Origin: Deltaproteobacteria bacterium
GTDB taxonomy: Bacteria > Myxococcota_A > UBA9160 > SMWR01
Length of the DNA: 64,000 nt
Direction: 5' to 3'
NCBI GenBank assembly: GCA_032128375.1
Contig: JAQBGU010000202.1
Location: forward strand, 1-64,000
The notes under the pieces are model-generated. The model did no database searches, was not told the DNA's origin, and saw only the letters and a program-made list of their open reading frames with translations. A program made the position numbers and the translations under genes. Below, one piece after another: positions 28,169 to 37,475 of the stretch; positions within the stretch are counted from its first letter, which is position 1; every line of letters starts with the position of its first letter.

Positions 28169-29401
28169 TGCGATCTCCCAAGCAGCAGTGCGCTCGATGG
28201 AACGCAGGCGCCGCTGGTGACGAGGCAGACTTCCGCGCCCTCGACGGGACTGGTGGACTCACCACGTAACGATCGCGCCCCCTTCGACGACGTGATTGAG
28301 GCCGTGGATGTAGGCTTCGGAGAGGCTGCCGCCATGGGTATTGGTTGGCAGCGATCCACCCGACCAGGCCAGTGCGCCAGTCTCGATGAAGGGGCCGGCT
28401 TCGCCGCGCCCACAGAAGCCGAAATCCTCGATTTGCATGAGCACGCAACCCGTGAAGTGATCGTAGATCTGCGCCACGTCGACGTCAGCGGGGCCGAGAC
28501 CGGCGTGTGCATACAAGCGCTTCGCCATGGATTCGCAGCCGCCGGTTGCATACAGGTCGTCCGACACGCTTGCGTTGGAAAATGGCCCGAATGCGTAACC
28601 CTTGGGTGCTCCTTGGGCGGATGCCAGAATTTCAACCGGTGGCTTCTGCAGGTCGCGCGCACGTTCGGCGGTCGTTACCACCACGGCACAAGCACCGTCG
28701 GTCTCGAGACAGCAATCGAACAGGTGATGGGGGTCTGCGACCATCGGCGAGTTCTGGTGGTCGGCGAGGCTGAGAGGTCTGTCGCCCATGATCGCGCGTG
28801 GGTTGCGCGAAGCGTGCTCGCGAAATGTCACGGCGAGCATTCCCAGTTGCTCGCTCGTGGTTCCATACAGGTGCATGTGCCGGCGGGTCGGGAGCGCGTA
28901 GGCGGCCGCGGCCATCAGCATTCCATACGGCATCGCAAAACCAAGCGAAGCCATCAACAACGATGGTGCGGACTGGACGGTTGGAGGCGGGGGGGCACCG
29001 GTCGGGGCGGCCGGGGGCGGACCCCCTTGGCCGAAGCGGAAGAACTGCCCTTGACATAACGAGCGGTACACCACAACGACTTCCGCCTGGCCGGCTTCCA
29101 CCGCCATCGCGGCATTGCCGACCGCCGCACATCCACCGCCGCCGCCGGGCATCCACACCATGTTGGCGAAACGCAGCTCTGGAAGCCCTAGCTCTGCCGC
29201 CAGGAAGATGGCGTCATTGCGATCTTCCGCGAACGACGTCATTCCATCGACGTCATCCATCGAAAGGCCCGCATCGGCGACCGCACGCTTGATTGCCTGG
29301 ATCGCGAGGGCATGCTCGCTGATGTCTCCAATTTTGCCCCATTTGGTGTAACGCGTCTCGCCGACGCCGACGATATGAGCACGTCGCTCTGCAGCCGTCA
29401 C
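28165..29401 (-). CDS. Ltp2/SCP-x-type thiolase-family protein (frameshift in G5 run at 28278-28282)
   Basis: IVGVGET, DCCLETDGA.A, QIYDHF, NTHGGSLSEAYIHG; C-terminus LRGEST..VEGA..CLVT lies in the adjacent frame and its stop overlaps the DUF35 ATG. Confidence 0.88.
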
Positions 29402-29528
29402 GAGTGAACTCCCGGACCACAAGGCTGCCAAAGGGTCATGTGCGCTGACGCTCCCTGCATCGGAACCTCTCCGTGGCGCGCTGTTGATGTATGCAGATCC
29501 GCCCCCGAGGACGTCTTGCAAGACGGGG

Positions 29529-29557
29529 ATCGTCCCGGCGAACGCGCTCTGCGTCAA
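29529..29557 (-). promoter_or_regulatory. Putative sigma70 promoter for the thiolase operon
   Basis: TTGACG-17 nt-GACGAT on the minus strand. Confidence 0.35.
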
Positions 29558-29753
29558 TGCCTCTTCGTCGTCAATTCGTCGAGGGCCGAGCGCGCATCAT
29601 CGCTTCGTCCGCGTAGCGCTTGCTAGTGTTCCAAGGTCCAGGGTGGGGCCACACATAGCGCAGCCACACAGAGCGGCCACACGGATTGCAGCGACACTCA
29701 GCGGCCGGCGGCTAGAGCGATCACAGATGGAGCAGCTACAGTGAAGCAGCTAC

Positions 29754-29803
29754 ACATGCAGGAAAGACATGCAGGAAAGACATGCAGGAAAGACGCAGGA
29801 AAG
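29754..29803 (+). repeat. 13-nt tandem repeat (ACATGCAGGAAAG)x3 plus a degenerate copy, spanning a start codon
   Basis: Read directly. Confidence 0.95.
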
Positions 29804-30569
29804 CTTCTTCCAGTTCGACGGCGAGCTGTTCTGGCCGACAAGTCGCGCGCAGGGCCCTTGGGGCAATAGCACATTGCACGGCCGCGTCATTGCGGGCCTG
29901 TTTGCGCGTTGCCTCGAACAGGAATATGGTGACGAGGATTTTCAATTCGCCCGTCTGACCGTCGATCTCTTCCGAATGGCCACGATGCAGCCGGTTTCCA
30001 TCAGCGTAGAGCGTGTGCGCCAGGGCCGACGCATTCTGGTGTGTCACGCTGTGGCGGCGAGTGAGGGTAAGGAGATCGCCCGCGCGTCCGCTGTACAGCT
30101 GCGGCGCGGCGATGAGCCGCCCGGGAATATCTGGCAGCCCGATCCCTGGGACGTTCCGCTCCCCGATGCACTCGAGCCGATGAACGCGCAGGGGACCTGG
30201 ACGCCGATGTGGGAGACCCGCGCGATCGCGGGCAGCAGCTTTGCGGGTCCGGGGCAGCGGCGGATGTGGATTCGAGAGACGCTCGCGCTGGTGGCGGGGG
30301 AAGCGCTCACGCCGTTCGTTCGCGTGGCCAGTGCGGCCGACATCGCGAGTCCTCTTTCGATGTCGAGCGACGTAGGGCTCGGGTATGTGAACGCTGACAT
30401 CAGCCTGTATCTCCACCGGCTGCCTGTGGGAGAGTGGATCGGATGGGAAGTGTGCGACCACGGGAGTGCCGCGGGCGTGGGCCAGGGGGAGTGCCGCGTC
30501 TACGACCAGCAGGGGCCGATCGGCAAGAGCCTGGTATGTGCGGTCGCGAATCCGCGACTCATTGGCTGA
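29769..30569 (+). CDS. Acyl-CoA thioesterase (TesB-like double hotdog)
   Basis: GPW...LHG, RLTVDLFR, AAD.ASP, NADISLYLHRLP.GEWI. Confidence 0.85.
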   Translation: MQERHAGKTQESFFQFDGELFWPTSRAQGPWGNSTLHGRVIAGLFARCLEQEYGDEDFQFARLTVDLFRMATMQPVSISVERVRQGRRILVCHAVAASEGKEIARASAVQLRRGDEPPGNIWQPDPWDVPLPDALEPMNAQGTWTPMWETRAIAGSSFAGPGQRRMWIRETLALVAGEALTPFVRVASAADIASPLSMSSDVGLGYVNADISLYLHRLPVGEWIGWEVCDHGSAAGVGQGECRVYDQQGPIGKSLVCAVANPRLIG

Positions 30570-30730
30570 CCCACTTCGCGCCGTTGTCCCCAAATTGGGG
30601 CTCGGTTCGGTATTTCACGAAGTGATGACCGCGGATTCTCCGAGCCAGGAGGCTGACCCGGCGCGTCAGCCGACGCCGCAAAGCGAATCCGAAGGATTCG
30701 CCAGCGAGGTGTCGCGGCTATCCTCGACGC

Positions 30731-32137
30731 GTGGAATTCATCTCGCTGGTATTCGCATGGGTCGCCGACAACGAGTCCGCGCTCTCGGGCGTAGCGGCCG
30801 CCATCGTCATCATCGGTGTCTTGTTGTCTCCGCTGCGGCGCCGGCTCTCGAGTTCGGCCGCCAGAGACTTCGCCGAGGGTAGGGCCGGGCGCGGCGAGCA
30901 GCCGCAGCCGGTCGTCACTCCGAACCCTGTCACGGATCGACCCTCGATCGCGGTGCTGCCGTTCCAAAACTTGTCGGGAGACCCGAACCACGAATATCTG
31001 GCCGATGGTCTCAGTGAGGACATCATCACCGGGCTCTCGCGCGTGAAACAGTTCTTCGTCATCGCGCGCAACACGACCTTCACATACAAGGGCCGGGCGG
31101 TGGACGTGCAGGAAGTGTCGCGCGACCTCGGGGTTCGTTACGTACTCGAAGGGAGTGTCCGCGCGATCGGCGACCGAATTCGTGTCAGCGCGCAACTCAT
31201 CGATGCGACAACACGCGCTCACATCTGGGCAGAGCGTTTCGACCGGCCGCTGGTAGAGATCCTCGCGGTCGACGACGAAGTGACTGATGCGATCGTTGCC
31301 GCGTTGCAACCGGCCGTTCGCCGCGCCGAGATCGAGATTTCGCGCCGCGCCGACCCGGGCGACCTCGGCGCCTGGGCGCTGGTGAACCGAGCGTGGTTCT
31401 CCATCCAAAGCGACCTCAGTGACGACGGAAAGGTGCGGGCCGCGGCGCGTGCGTGCGAAGAAGCCGTCGCGCTCGATCCCAACTATGCACTTGCACACGC
31501 CGTGCTCGCGCATGCGAGATCGCTCACCGCGCAGTTGGAGGCCACGCCGGACACCCAAGATGTGATGGCTCCGATGGCGCGCGCGCTCGAGCTGGCGCCC
31601 GACGACCCGGGGGTTCAGCACGCCTACGCAGCCGTACTCGGAAATATGGGTCGAACCAAGGAGGCGATGCGCGCGTGGGAACGCAGCCTGGAACTCAACC
31701 CGAACAACGCCGGTGCGAGAGCGGGTCTTGGCATTGCGCAGATCTACCAGAAGCGGCACGAGGATGCAGTCGCGAACATCGACACTGCGTTGCGCCTGTC
31801 TCCATCGGATCCGCTGCTCTACCACTGGCTCGCGCACCGCGCGTTGGCCTGCGCGATGCTCACACGTTGGGATGAATCTCTCGAAAATGCGGCCGACTCA
31901 GTACACCGAAACGGATCGCGTGTCGGTTGGGCTGTATACGCTGGAGCGCTCGCCCGTGCTGGTCGGCTTCCGGAAGCGGGTCAGGCGTGGCGAAAGCTTG
32001 TCGCCCAAACGCCAGACATCTCGCCGGCCGCTCTGTCGGTTTTGGTGCGCGGTGTCACGGTCGATAGAGCGCGGGCTGACGCCGTGATGCGAGACCTGGT
32101 ACTGGCCAGCGAAGCTGCCTCGTCCGATGCGCTGTAG
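30731..32137 (+). CDS. Membrane-anchored TolB-N-like/TPR protein (adenylate-cyclase-associated type, no cyclase domain)
   Basis: PSIAVLPF.NLSGD...YLADG..EDII..L, VRYVLEGSVR, LDPN and LNPN TPRs. Confidence 0.85.
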   Translation: MEFISLVFAWVADNESALSGVAAAIVIIGVLLSPLRRRLSSSAARDFAEGRAGRGEQPQPVVTPNPVTDRPSIAVLPFQNLSGDPNHEYLADGLSEDIITGLSRVKQFFVIARNTTFTYKGRAVDVQEVSRDLGVRYVLEGSVRAIGDRIRVSAQLIDATTRAHIWAERFDRPLVEILAVDDEVTDAIVAALQPAVRRAEIEISRRADPGDLGAWALVNRAWFSIQSDLSDDGKVRAAARACEEAVALDPNYALAHAVLAHARSLTAQLEATPDTQDVMAPMARALELAPDDPGVQHAYAAVLGNMGRTKEAMRAWERSLELNPNNAGARAGLGIAQIYQKRHEDAVANIDTALRLSPSDPLLYHWLAHRALACAMLTRWDESLENAADSVHRNGSRVGWAVYAGALARAGRLPEAGQAWRKLVAQTPDISPAALSVLVRGVTVDRARADAVMRDLVLASEAASSDAL

Positions 32138-32236
32138 AGGACGATGCGGTAGAAGGCCGGAGGTTCGAAACCGCTGGCGAACTCCGTTACCTGCAGCTCC
32201 GCTCCCGGAGCGGCCGGCTGGCGGAACCCCACACGC

Positions 32237-32698
32237 TCAGTCCGGATGCATTTCTCCCGGAGCTGCTGCTTCGAGGCGAAACAGATAAGCTTCGACAACG
32301 TTCTCGTTGCTGGGACGTGAGCCGTATTTCTCCTGATATGCGTCGCTGAATCGATCGAACTCGTCCTGGGCTTCGACGCGGGTCGCCTGCAGTTCGTAGA
32401 TATCGTCCTCGATCCGAACGCGAACGGCGCGATCGGTCTGCATATTCTCGACCCAGCGGCTGCGGTTCGCACCGGCGTGTACGTAGAGCACGGGGCCCAT
32501 CCCGACAGCCCAAATGTTGACCGAGTATGGGTCGTTCGGGTTGGTCTCGAGCTGCACTGTATCCACGTCGACGGTGTTGGACCAATCGCTCGGAGCTGGC
32601 TTCGCAGCACCGTCGAGCTTCCCTCCCGGAAGGAGTAAGAAGGGCCCACAGCCCACGATCAGCCATAGAACTTGCACTGCGATGAGCCGGGCGAACAT
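32237..32698 (-). CDS. Putative lipoprotein, split-barrel (DUF2255-like)
   Basis: LIVGC lipobox-like, PYSVNIW, RWVEN, Y..KY. Confidence 0.65.
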   Translation of the reverse strand: MFARLIAVQVLWLIVGCGPFLLLPGGKLDGAAKPAPSDWSNTVDVDTVQLETNPNDPYSVNIWAVGMGPVLYVHAGANRSRWVENMQTDRAVRVRIEDDIYELQATRVEAQDEFDRFSDAYQEKYGSRPSNENVVEAYLFRLEAAAPGEMHPD

Positions 32699-32825
32699 CG
32701 AATCGCCTCCTGGGGCGCGACAAAGTTGTGAGCCGAAGCGGTGCGCTGGTTGCAAAGATCATATCAGAGCGATTTCGATCGCACTGCGCGGTGTCGCGCG
32801 GGTCCTTGCGCAGCTCCGGAACCGA

Positions 32826-33719
32826 TTAGACCGCGTCCTGTTCTCGCTTGTTGGCGCTGTCCGCGATGGCATGATTCGTGACGGAAACGTCGCCCTTCTC
32901 ACCGAATTGCGGCTTGTACTTGGCGGACACGTAGTCACCGATGCGCTGCATGCGCGCCATCTCATCGGTGTCGAGGGGGCCGGCGTCGAGCGCACGAATG
33001 GCCTCCTGCATCTGCTCGCGGTTGGCTGGGCCGCATAGCGCGAGGCTCACCGCCGGATGGCTCAGCGCGAAGCGATAGCAGTCACGAGCGGCGGGCGGTG
33101 TTTCGCCGGGTGGCATCTTCTTCGGATCGAGGAGGTGGCCCCAGCGCGTGGCCGTATAGGCGACGATACCGGGACGCCCAGACTCTTTGAGGTGGGGGAA
33201 AACATCGCGCTCGGCGCCCCGGTGCGCGGCGTTGTAGCGCAACATGAAAGAGTCGAAGGGGCTCTGTTTGGCCTCGAAGTGACGGAAGTGCGCCTGAAGC
33301 GACGGGCGATTGTGGGTGCTGATCATCAGGTGGTGCACCTTGCCGTTGTGCTTCAGGTGCTGAGCCGCGTCGATCAGGGCCTGGCTCGGAGGCTTGTTCC
33401 ACATACCCAGCAGCAGGATGTCGAAATACTCGACCCCAGCGCGGCGCAGCGCGAGTTCGATGGAGGGCGCCATCAACGCCGCCACCCGCGTGTAGGACTG
33501 CACGGTCAGGACGACACCCTCGCGGTTCTTGCGCGCCACGTTCTTGATCGCGCGCCCGAAGGCGGGCCTTCTGATCGAGCCCCAGTAGAGGTAATTGATC
33601 CCCTGGTCGACGGCCTCCTCGATGAAGGCGGGATTGCGGGTGAAACTGCTGCCGATGCCAAGCCGGCTCACCCGAAGGCCCGTCTGGCCCAGCGGGATCG
33701 GGGTGCGAAAGTCCGTCAT
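32826..33719 (-). CDS. Aldo/keto reductase family protein
   Basis: LGQTGLRVSRLGIG, STHNR, RYNAAHRGAE, YRFALSHPAV; GGAGG RBS. Confidence 0.85.
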   Translation of the reverse strand: MTDFRTPIPLGQTGLRVSRLGIGSSFTRNPAFIEEAVDQGINYLYWGSIRRPAFGRAIKNVARKNREGVVLTVQSYTRVAALMAPSIELALRRAGVEYFDILLLGMWNKPPSQALIDAAQHLKHNGKVHHLMISTHNRPSLQAHFRHFEAKQSPFDSFMLRYNAAHRGAERDVFPHLKESGRPGIVAYTATRWGHLLDPKKMPPGETPPAARDCYRFALSHPAVSLALCGPANREQMQEAIRALDAGPLDTDEMARMQRIGDYVSAKYKPQFGEKGDVSVTNHAIADSANKREQDAV

Positions 33720-34140
33720 AGAGGCTCCTCCGGTGTACACGGCGGAACTCTAGGTCAATGCGCCTCGATCAATATCCACTTTGTCGAGGCCGACCCAGAA
33801 TTTGGATCGAATGCACGAGGAATCGCCCGTTCCGGCTGACATTCGGATGCGCTTCGGGTGCACTTCACGGTCTTCGAAGGGCACAGCGCTCGAGTCGAGG
33901 CAGCCGTTGAGGCCCGGGAGCACCCTCGTCCATCTCTCGCGAGGCTCCGACCACTGCAGGGAGCTCGTCAGAGAACTTCGCGGTGGCTTGGTGTTGGTCG
34001 CAATCCTGCCGCAAACTGTCAGGAGGCGATGTCACTGCGGGGCCAGCGGGTTTGAGGCACATTGGGAATGCGGCATGTTCTACTGCTGGAGATTCCGCGC
34101 ACGAGCGGATCTCAGATGCGAGCAAATGCACGGAGAGGCG

Positions 34141-34548
34141 ATGGTCCGGGGAAGTTGTTTGTGTGGCGCAGTTCGATTCGAGATTGACGGTCGCATCAGC
34201 GACATCCACCGCTGTCACTGCTCGATATGTCGAAAGGCGACTGGCGCAGGAGCGATTGCCATCTTGGCGACGGCTGCCAAGAGCCTGAAGTGGGTGTGCG
34301 GGGAAGACGCAATCCGCTGCTTCGAACGGCCGAGTGGATGGACGGCGGCGTTCTGCCCCACGTGCGGTACGCCCGCCCCGCGGCTACACCCGAACGGGAA
34401 GATCTGGTCGATTCCCACGGGTTGCCTGGATGATGATCCCGGTGTGAAGGTGGCCGAACACATCTTCGTTGGGTCGATCGCAAGCTGGGACCATGTCGCC
34501 CCTGGGGCGGCCGAGTATGACGAATGGGATCCCGGGCACGACACCTGA
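34141..34548 (+). CDS. GFA (glutathione-dependent formaldehyde-activating/CENP-V) family protein
   Basis: GSCLCGAV, CHCSICRK, FCPTCG, HIFVGS. Confidence 0.9.
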   Translation: MVRGSCLCGAVRFEIDGRISDIHRCHCSICRKATGAGAIAILATAAKSLKWVCGEDAIRCFERPSGWTAAFCPTCGTPAPRLHPNGKIWSIPTGCLDDDPGVKVAEHIFVGSIASWDHVAPGAAEYDEWDPGHDT

Positions 34549-34692
34549 TGATCCCATCCGGTTGATCGTGCAGATGCCGACCGATCGTGTGCCAAGCCCG
34601 GGAGGATCACCGATACCCGATCGCAGGGGCCTCGTTCGCGTGCCTTCGTCGTGTACACTGGAAATCCCATTCAGCGCCCAAAGGAAAACCCA

Positions 34693-35268
34693 GTGAACAG
34701 TGCACAGCAGAGGTTCGGTGAGCCCAAAGAGAGGGTCGCGAAGAAGGTCCAGTCGTACCTCAACTCGATGGTCCAGGATTTCATCCGCAGCGCGCCTTTC
34801 GCGGTGCTCGCCACGGCGAACGATCAAGGGGACTGCGATGCGTCACCCAAAGGCGGAAACCCCGGCTTCGTGAAGGTGCTCGACGAAAAGCGGCTGGTGG
34901 TGCCGGATATTGCCGGCAACAAGCTCTTCCAATCCTACGAAAACGTGGAGCGCAACCCGAAAGCGGGTTTGGTTTTCTTGATTCCGGGTTGCGATTGGAC
35001 GGTGCGCGTCAACGGGCGCGCGCAGCGGCTCGATACCAAGACCGGAGAACTCGACGCTGCAGTACCCGAGGTTCTCTGGGAAGACGACAACACCAAGGTC
35101 ATCCAGGGTTTGCTTGTCGATGTGGATGAAGCCTACGCCCACTGTCCGAGGGCTTTCTTGTTTTCCAAGCTGTGGGATCCGACCCGCCTGCAAGCCACAT
35201 TGGACGAGAGCCCCAACGCCTATTGGTTCAAACGCTGGCGTGCGGATATGGAACCAAACCTGACCTAG
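34693..35268 (+). CDS. Pyridoxamine 5'-phosphate oxidase-related FMN-binding protein
   Basis: DASPKGG.PGFV.VLD, PD..GN, RVNGRA, HCPRA...SKLW; AAGGA RBS. Confidence 0.85.
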   Translation: MNSAQQRFGEPKERVAKKVQSYLNSMVQDFIRSAPFAVLATANDQGDCDASPKGGNPGFVKVLDEKRLVVPDIAGNKLFQSYENVERNPKAGLVFLIPGCDWTVRVNGRAQRLDTKTGELDAAVPEVLWEDDNTKVIQGLLVDVDEAYAHCPRAFLFSKLWDPTRLQATLDESPNAYWFKRWRADMEPNLT

Positions 35269-35293
35269 GACGGCAGCAAGCCAGGAACTCGCC

Positions 35294-36154
35294 ATGACGA
35301 CCGAGAAGAGCTTCGAAGTCTCACCTCTCGAGTCAACCTTCGGGGCCGTAGTGCAAGGCTTGAAGCTGGTGCAGCTCGATGACACCAGCTTCGCCGAGCT
35401 CTACGAGACGTGGCTCGAACATGCGCTGCTGATCTTCCCCGCTCAGCACCTCAGCAACGAGGAGCAGGTCGCGTTTGCGCGGCGATTCGGTGAGCTCGAG
35501 TTCGATCTCGTTCCGATCAGTAACGTCCGCCGAGACGGGAGTGTACGCGCCGATGACGACGACGTCGTCAAGGTGCTCAAGGGCAACATGGGCTGGCACT
35601 CTGACAGCACCTACATGCCGGTGCAGGCAAAGGGGGCGGTGTTCACCGCCCACCGCGTTTCGTCTAGTGGCGGGGAAACTGGTTGGGCAGATATGCGCGC
35701 GGCCTACGACGCGCTCGATGACGCGACTCGGGCGCAGATCTCCCAGCTGTCGGCCTACCACTCGCTCATCTACAGCCAAGGCAAAATCGGTCATACACCG
35801 AATGAAGTCAGCGACTATGGTGGCTACGGCTTTCACGGCCAGGCTCCTCCCCTGCGGCCGTTGGTCAAGATCCACCCCGAGACCGGGCGCCGCTCGCTGC
35901 TGATCGGACGCCACGCATACGGAATCCCCGGAATGGACCCCGATGAATCCGAGCGCCTACTGCAGGGCCTCATCGACTTCGCATGCCAACCTCCCCGGAT
36001 TCACCACCACAATTGGGCCCCCGGTGATGCAGTCGTGTGGGACAACCGCTGCCTGCTGCATCGAGGCCGTCCGTGGGACATGACTGAACCGCGAGTGATG
36101 TTCCACGCCCGAATCGCCGGCGATCCGGCAACCGAATTCGCTACACAGGGTTGA
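35294..36154 (+). CDS. TauD/TfdA family 2OG-Fe(II) dioxygenase
   Basis: WHSDSTY (HxD), GGET.WADM.AAY, HPETGR, WDNRC.LHR. Confidence 0.92.
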   Translation: MTTEKSFEVSPLESTFGAVVQGLKLVQLDDTSFAELYETWLEHALLIFPAQHLSNEEQVAFARRFGELEFDLVPISNVRRDGSVRADDDDVVKVLKGNMGWHSDSTYMPVQAKGAVFTAHRVSSSGGETGWADMRAAYDALDDATRAQISQLSAYHSLIYSQGKIGHTPNEVSDYGGYGFHGQAPPLRPLVKIHPETGRRSLLIGRHAYGIPGMDPDESERLLQGLIDFACQPPRIHHHNWAPGDAVVWDNRCLLHRGRPWDMTEPRVMFHARIAGDPATEFATQG

Positions 36155-36277
36155 CTACGCTGACGGCTCGATCGGCGCTGCCAATGCGGCGCGGTCTTCT
36201 CGCTCGCGTCGAGGGCCGGCCAATCTCCCCGAAGACGTCAACTGTCCGAAGCGCGACCTCGAGCGGACAGCGTGGGG

Positions 36278-37285
36278 TCAGATGCCTGATCCTGGGTCCG
36301 GTACGGCGGGCTCCTCGGTACGCTCTTCCCACCACCAACGATCGGGTCCGTCGGACCCATCGCTGCGCGCGCGTGTACAGGGCGCGCAGCCGATGCTCGC
36401 GAAGCCGCGGTGGTGGAGCGGATTGCTGGGGACTTCATGGCGACGGATGTAGTCGAACACCTCGATGCGCGCCCACCGCGCCAGCGGATTGAAGCGCACT
36501 AGCGCGCCGCGCGAGCCCGCAAACGATGGGTCCGCCTGGATGACGGGAAGTTCACTCTCTTTTAGACCCTCGCGTCGTCGTCCGGTGACCCACGCGTCGA
36601 ATTGCGCGAGCGCGCCGCGTAGCGGGCGGATCTTGCGAATCGAACAGCACTCCCAATGGCCGTCGCGGTAGAAGCTGTTTGGACCCTTGCGATCCACCAG
36701 GTCGGTGACCTCGGCGGTATCGGGCAGACGTGTTTCGAGTTCGAACCCGTAGCGCAAGCGCACATCGTCGATGAACTGGTAGGTCTCGTTGTGCAGCCGG
36801 CCCGTGTCGAGCGTAAACACCGAGAATGGCAGCCCGAGGCTCGTCGCCATGTCGATCAGCACAACGTCCTCGGCGCCGGAAAAGGCGATCGCGCAGTGCT
36901 TGCCGTAGTGCTCGAGAGCGAATCGCAGGATCTCTATCGGCTCTGCATCGGCGAGTTCCCTGGCAGCGAGAGCCAAATCGAGAGTTGCGGTCTGCACCGT
37001 TTCGACGGGAACCGCGGTTTCGAGGTACTGCCGCACCAGTCGCAGCGCGCTCGTCACCAGCGTCTCCGTACCGCTCGCGTCGCGGATCACGAAGAACGGC
37101 GCGAGTTTTACCCCGTGTTGTGCCGCCAGGCGCGCGCCTGCCGAGTTGTCATCACCTTCGATCGCCCAGAGCACCTCGTCGATGCGCTGCCAATACCCCT
37201 TCATCTTCAGCATCTGCTCAGTCTGGGCGCACTTCTCGCAGGGCTCGCCGTTAGCCAGTTGTTTTTTCACCATGGTGATCCGCAT
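36278..37285 (-). CDS. cysH: APS/PAPS reductase-like protein with N-terminal CxxC thioredoxin-like domain
   Basis: AFSGAED, LDTGRLH.ETY, ECCSIRKI.PL, SIGCAPCT; N-terminal PCEKC..APFF. Confidence 0.85.
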   Translation of the reverse strand: MRITMVKKQLANGEPCEKCAQTEQMLKMKGYWQRIDEVLWAIEGDDNSAGARLAAQHGVKLAPFFVIRDASGTETLVTSALRLVRQYLETAVPVETVQTATLDLALAARELADAEPIEILRFALEHYGKHCAIAFSGAEDVVLIDMATSLGLPFSVFTLDTGRLHNETYQFIDDVRLRYGFELETRLPDTAEVTDLVDRKGPNSFYRDGHWECCSIRKIRPLRGALAQFDAWVTGRRREGLKESELPVIQADPSFAGSRGALVRFNPLARWARIEVFDYIRRHEVPSNPLHHRGFASIGCAPCTRARSDGSDGPDRWWWEERTEEPAVPDPGSGI

Positions 37286-37475
37286 GGATCCATTCTAGGC
37301 AATCCAGGGTCGGGTCAATCAAAGCGAGGACGCGATTCCCGTATCATCGTGACAAAAGTCGACACCAAACACACCTGCCGCCTCGAGCGTGCCAGGAACT
37401 GCCCGCGCGAATCGATTCTCCGATGGTGCGCTCGGGTCCTTCCCCGCTCTGCGCTCGCCTAACGTCTCGGCCTCG

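Noticed and set aside
32148..32180. GGTTCGAAACC resembling a tRNA T-arm
   Set aside because: No acceptor stem, D-arm, anticodon arm or CCA could be built around it.
33720..34140. Possible gene or remnant in the 420-nt gap, including the long 5' extension of the GFA ORF
   Set aside because: No recognisable motif in any frame I read; the GFA domain starts at ATG 34141 with its own RBS.
35294..37285. TauD plus CysH as a sulfur-assimilation operon
   Set aside because: The genes are convergent, no transporter or other cys genes are present, and TauD-family substrates are diverse.
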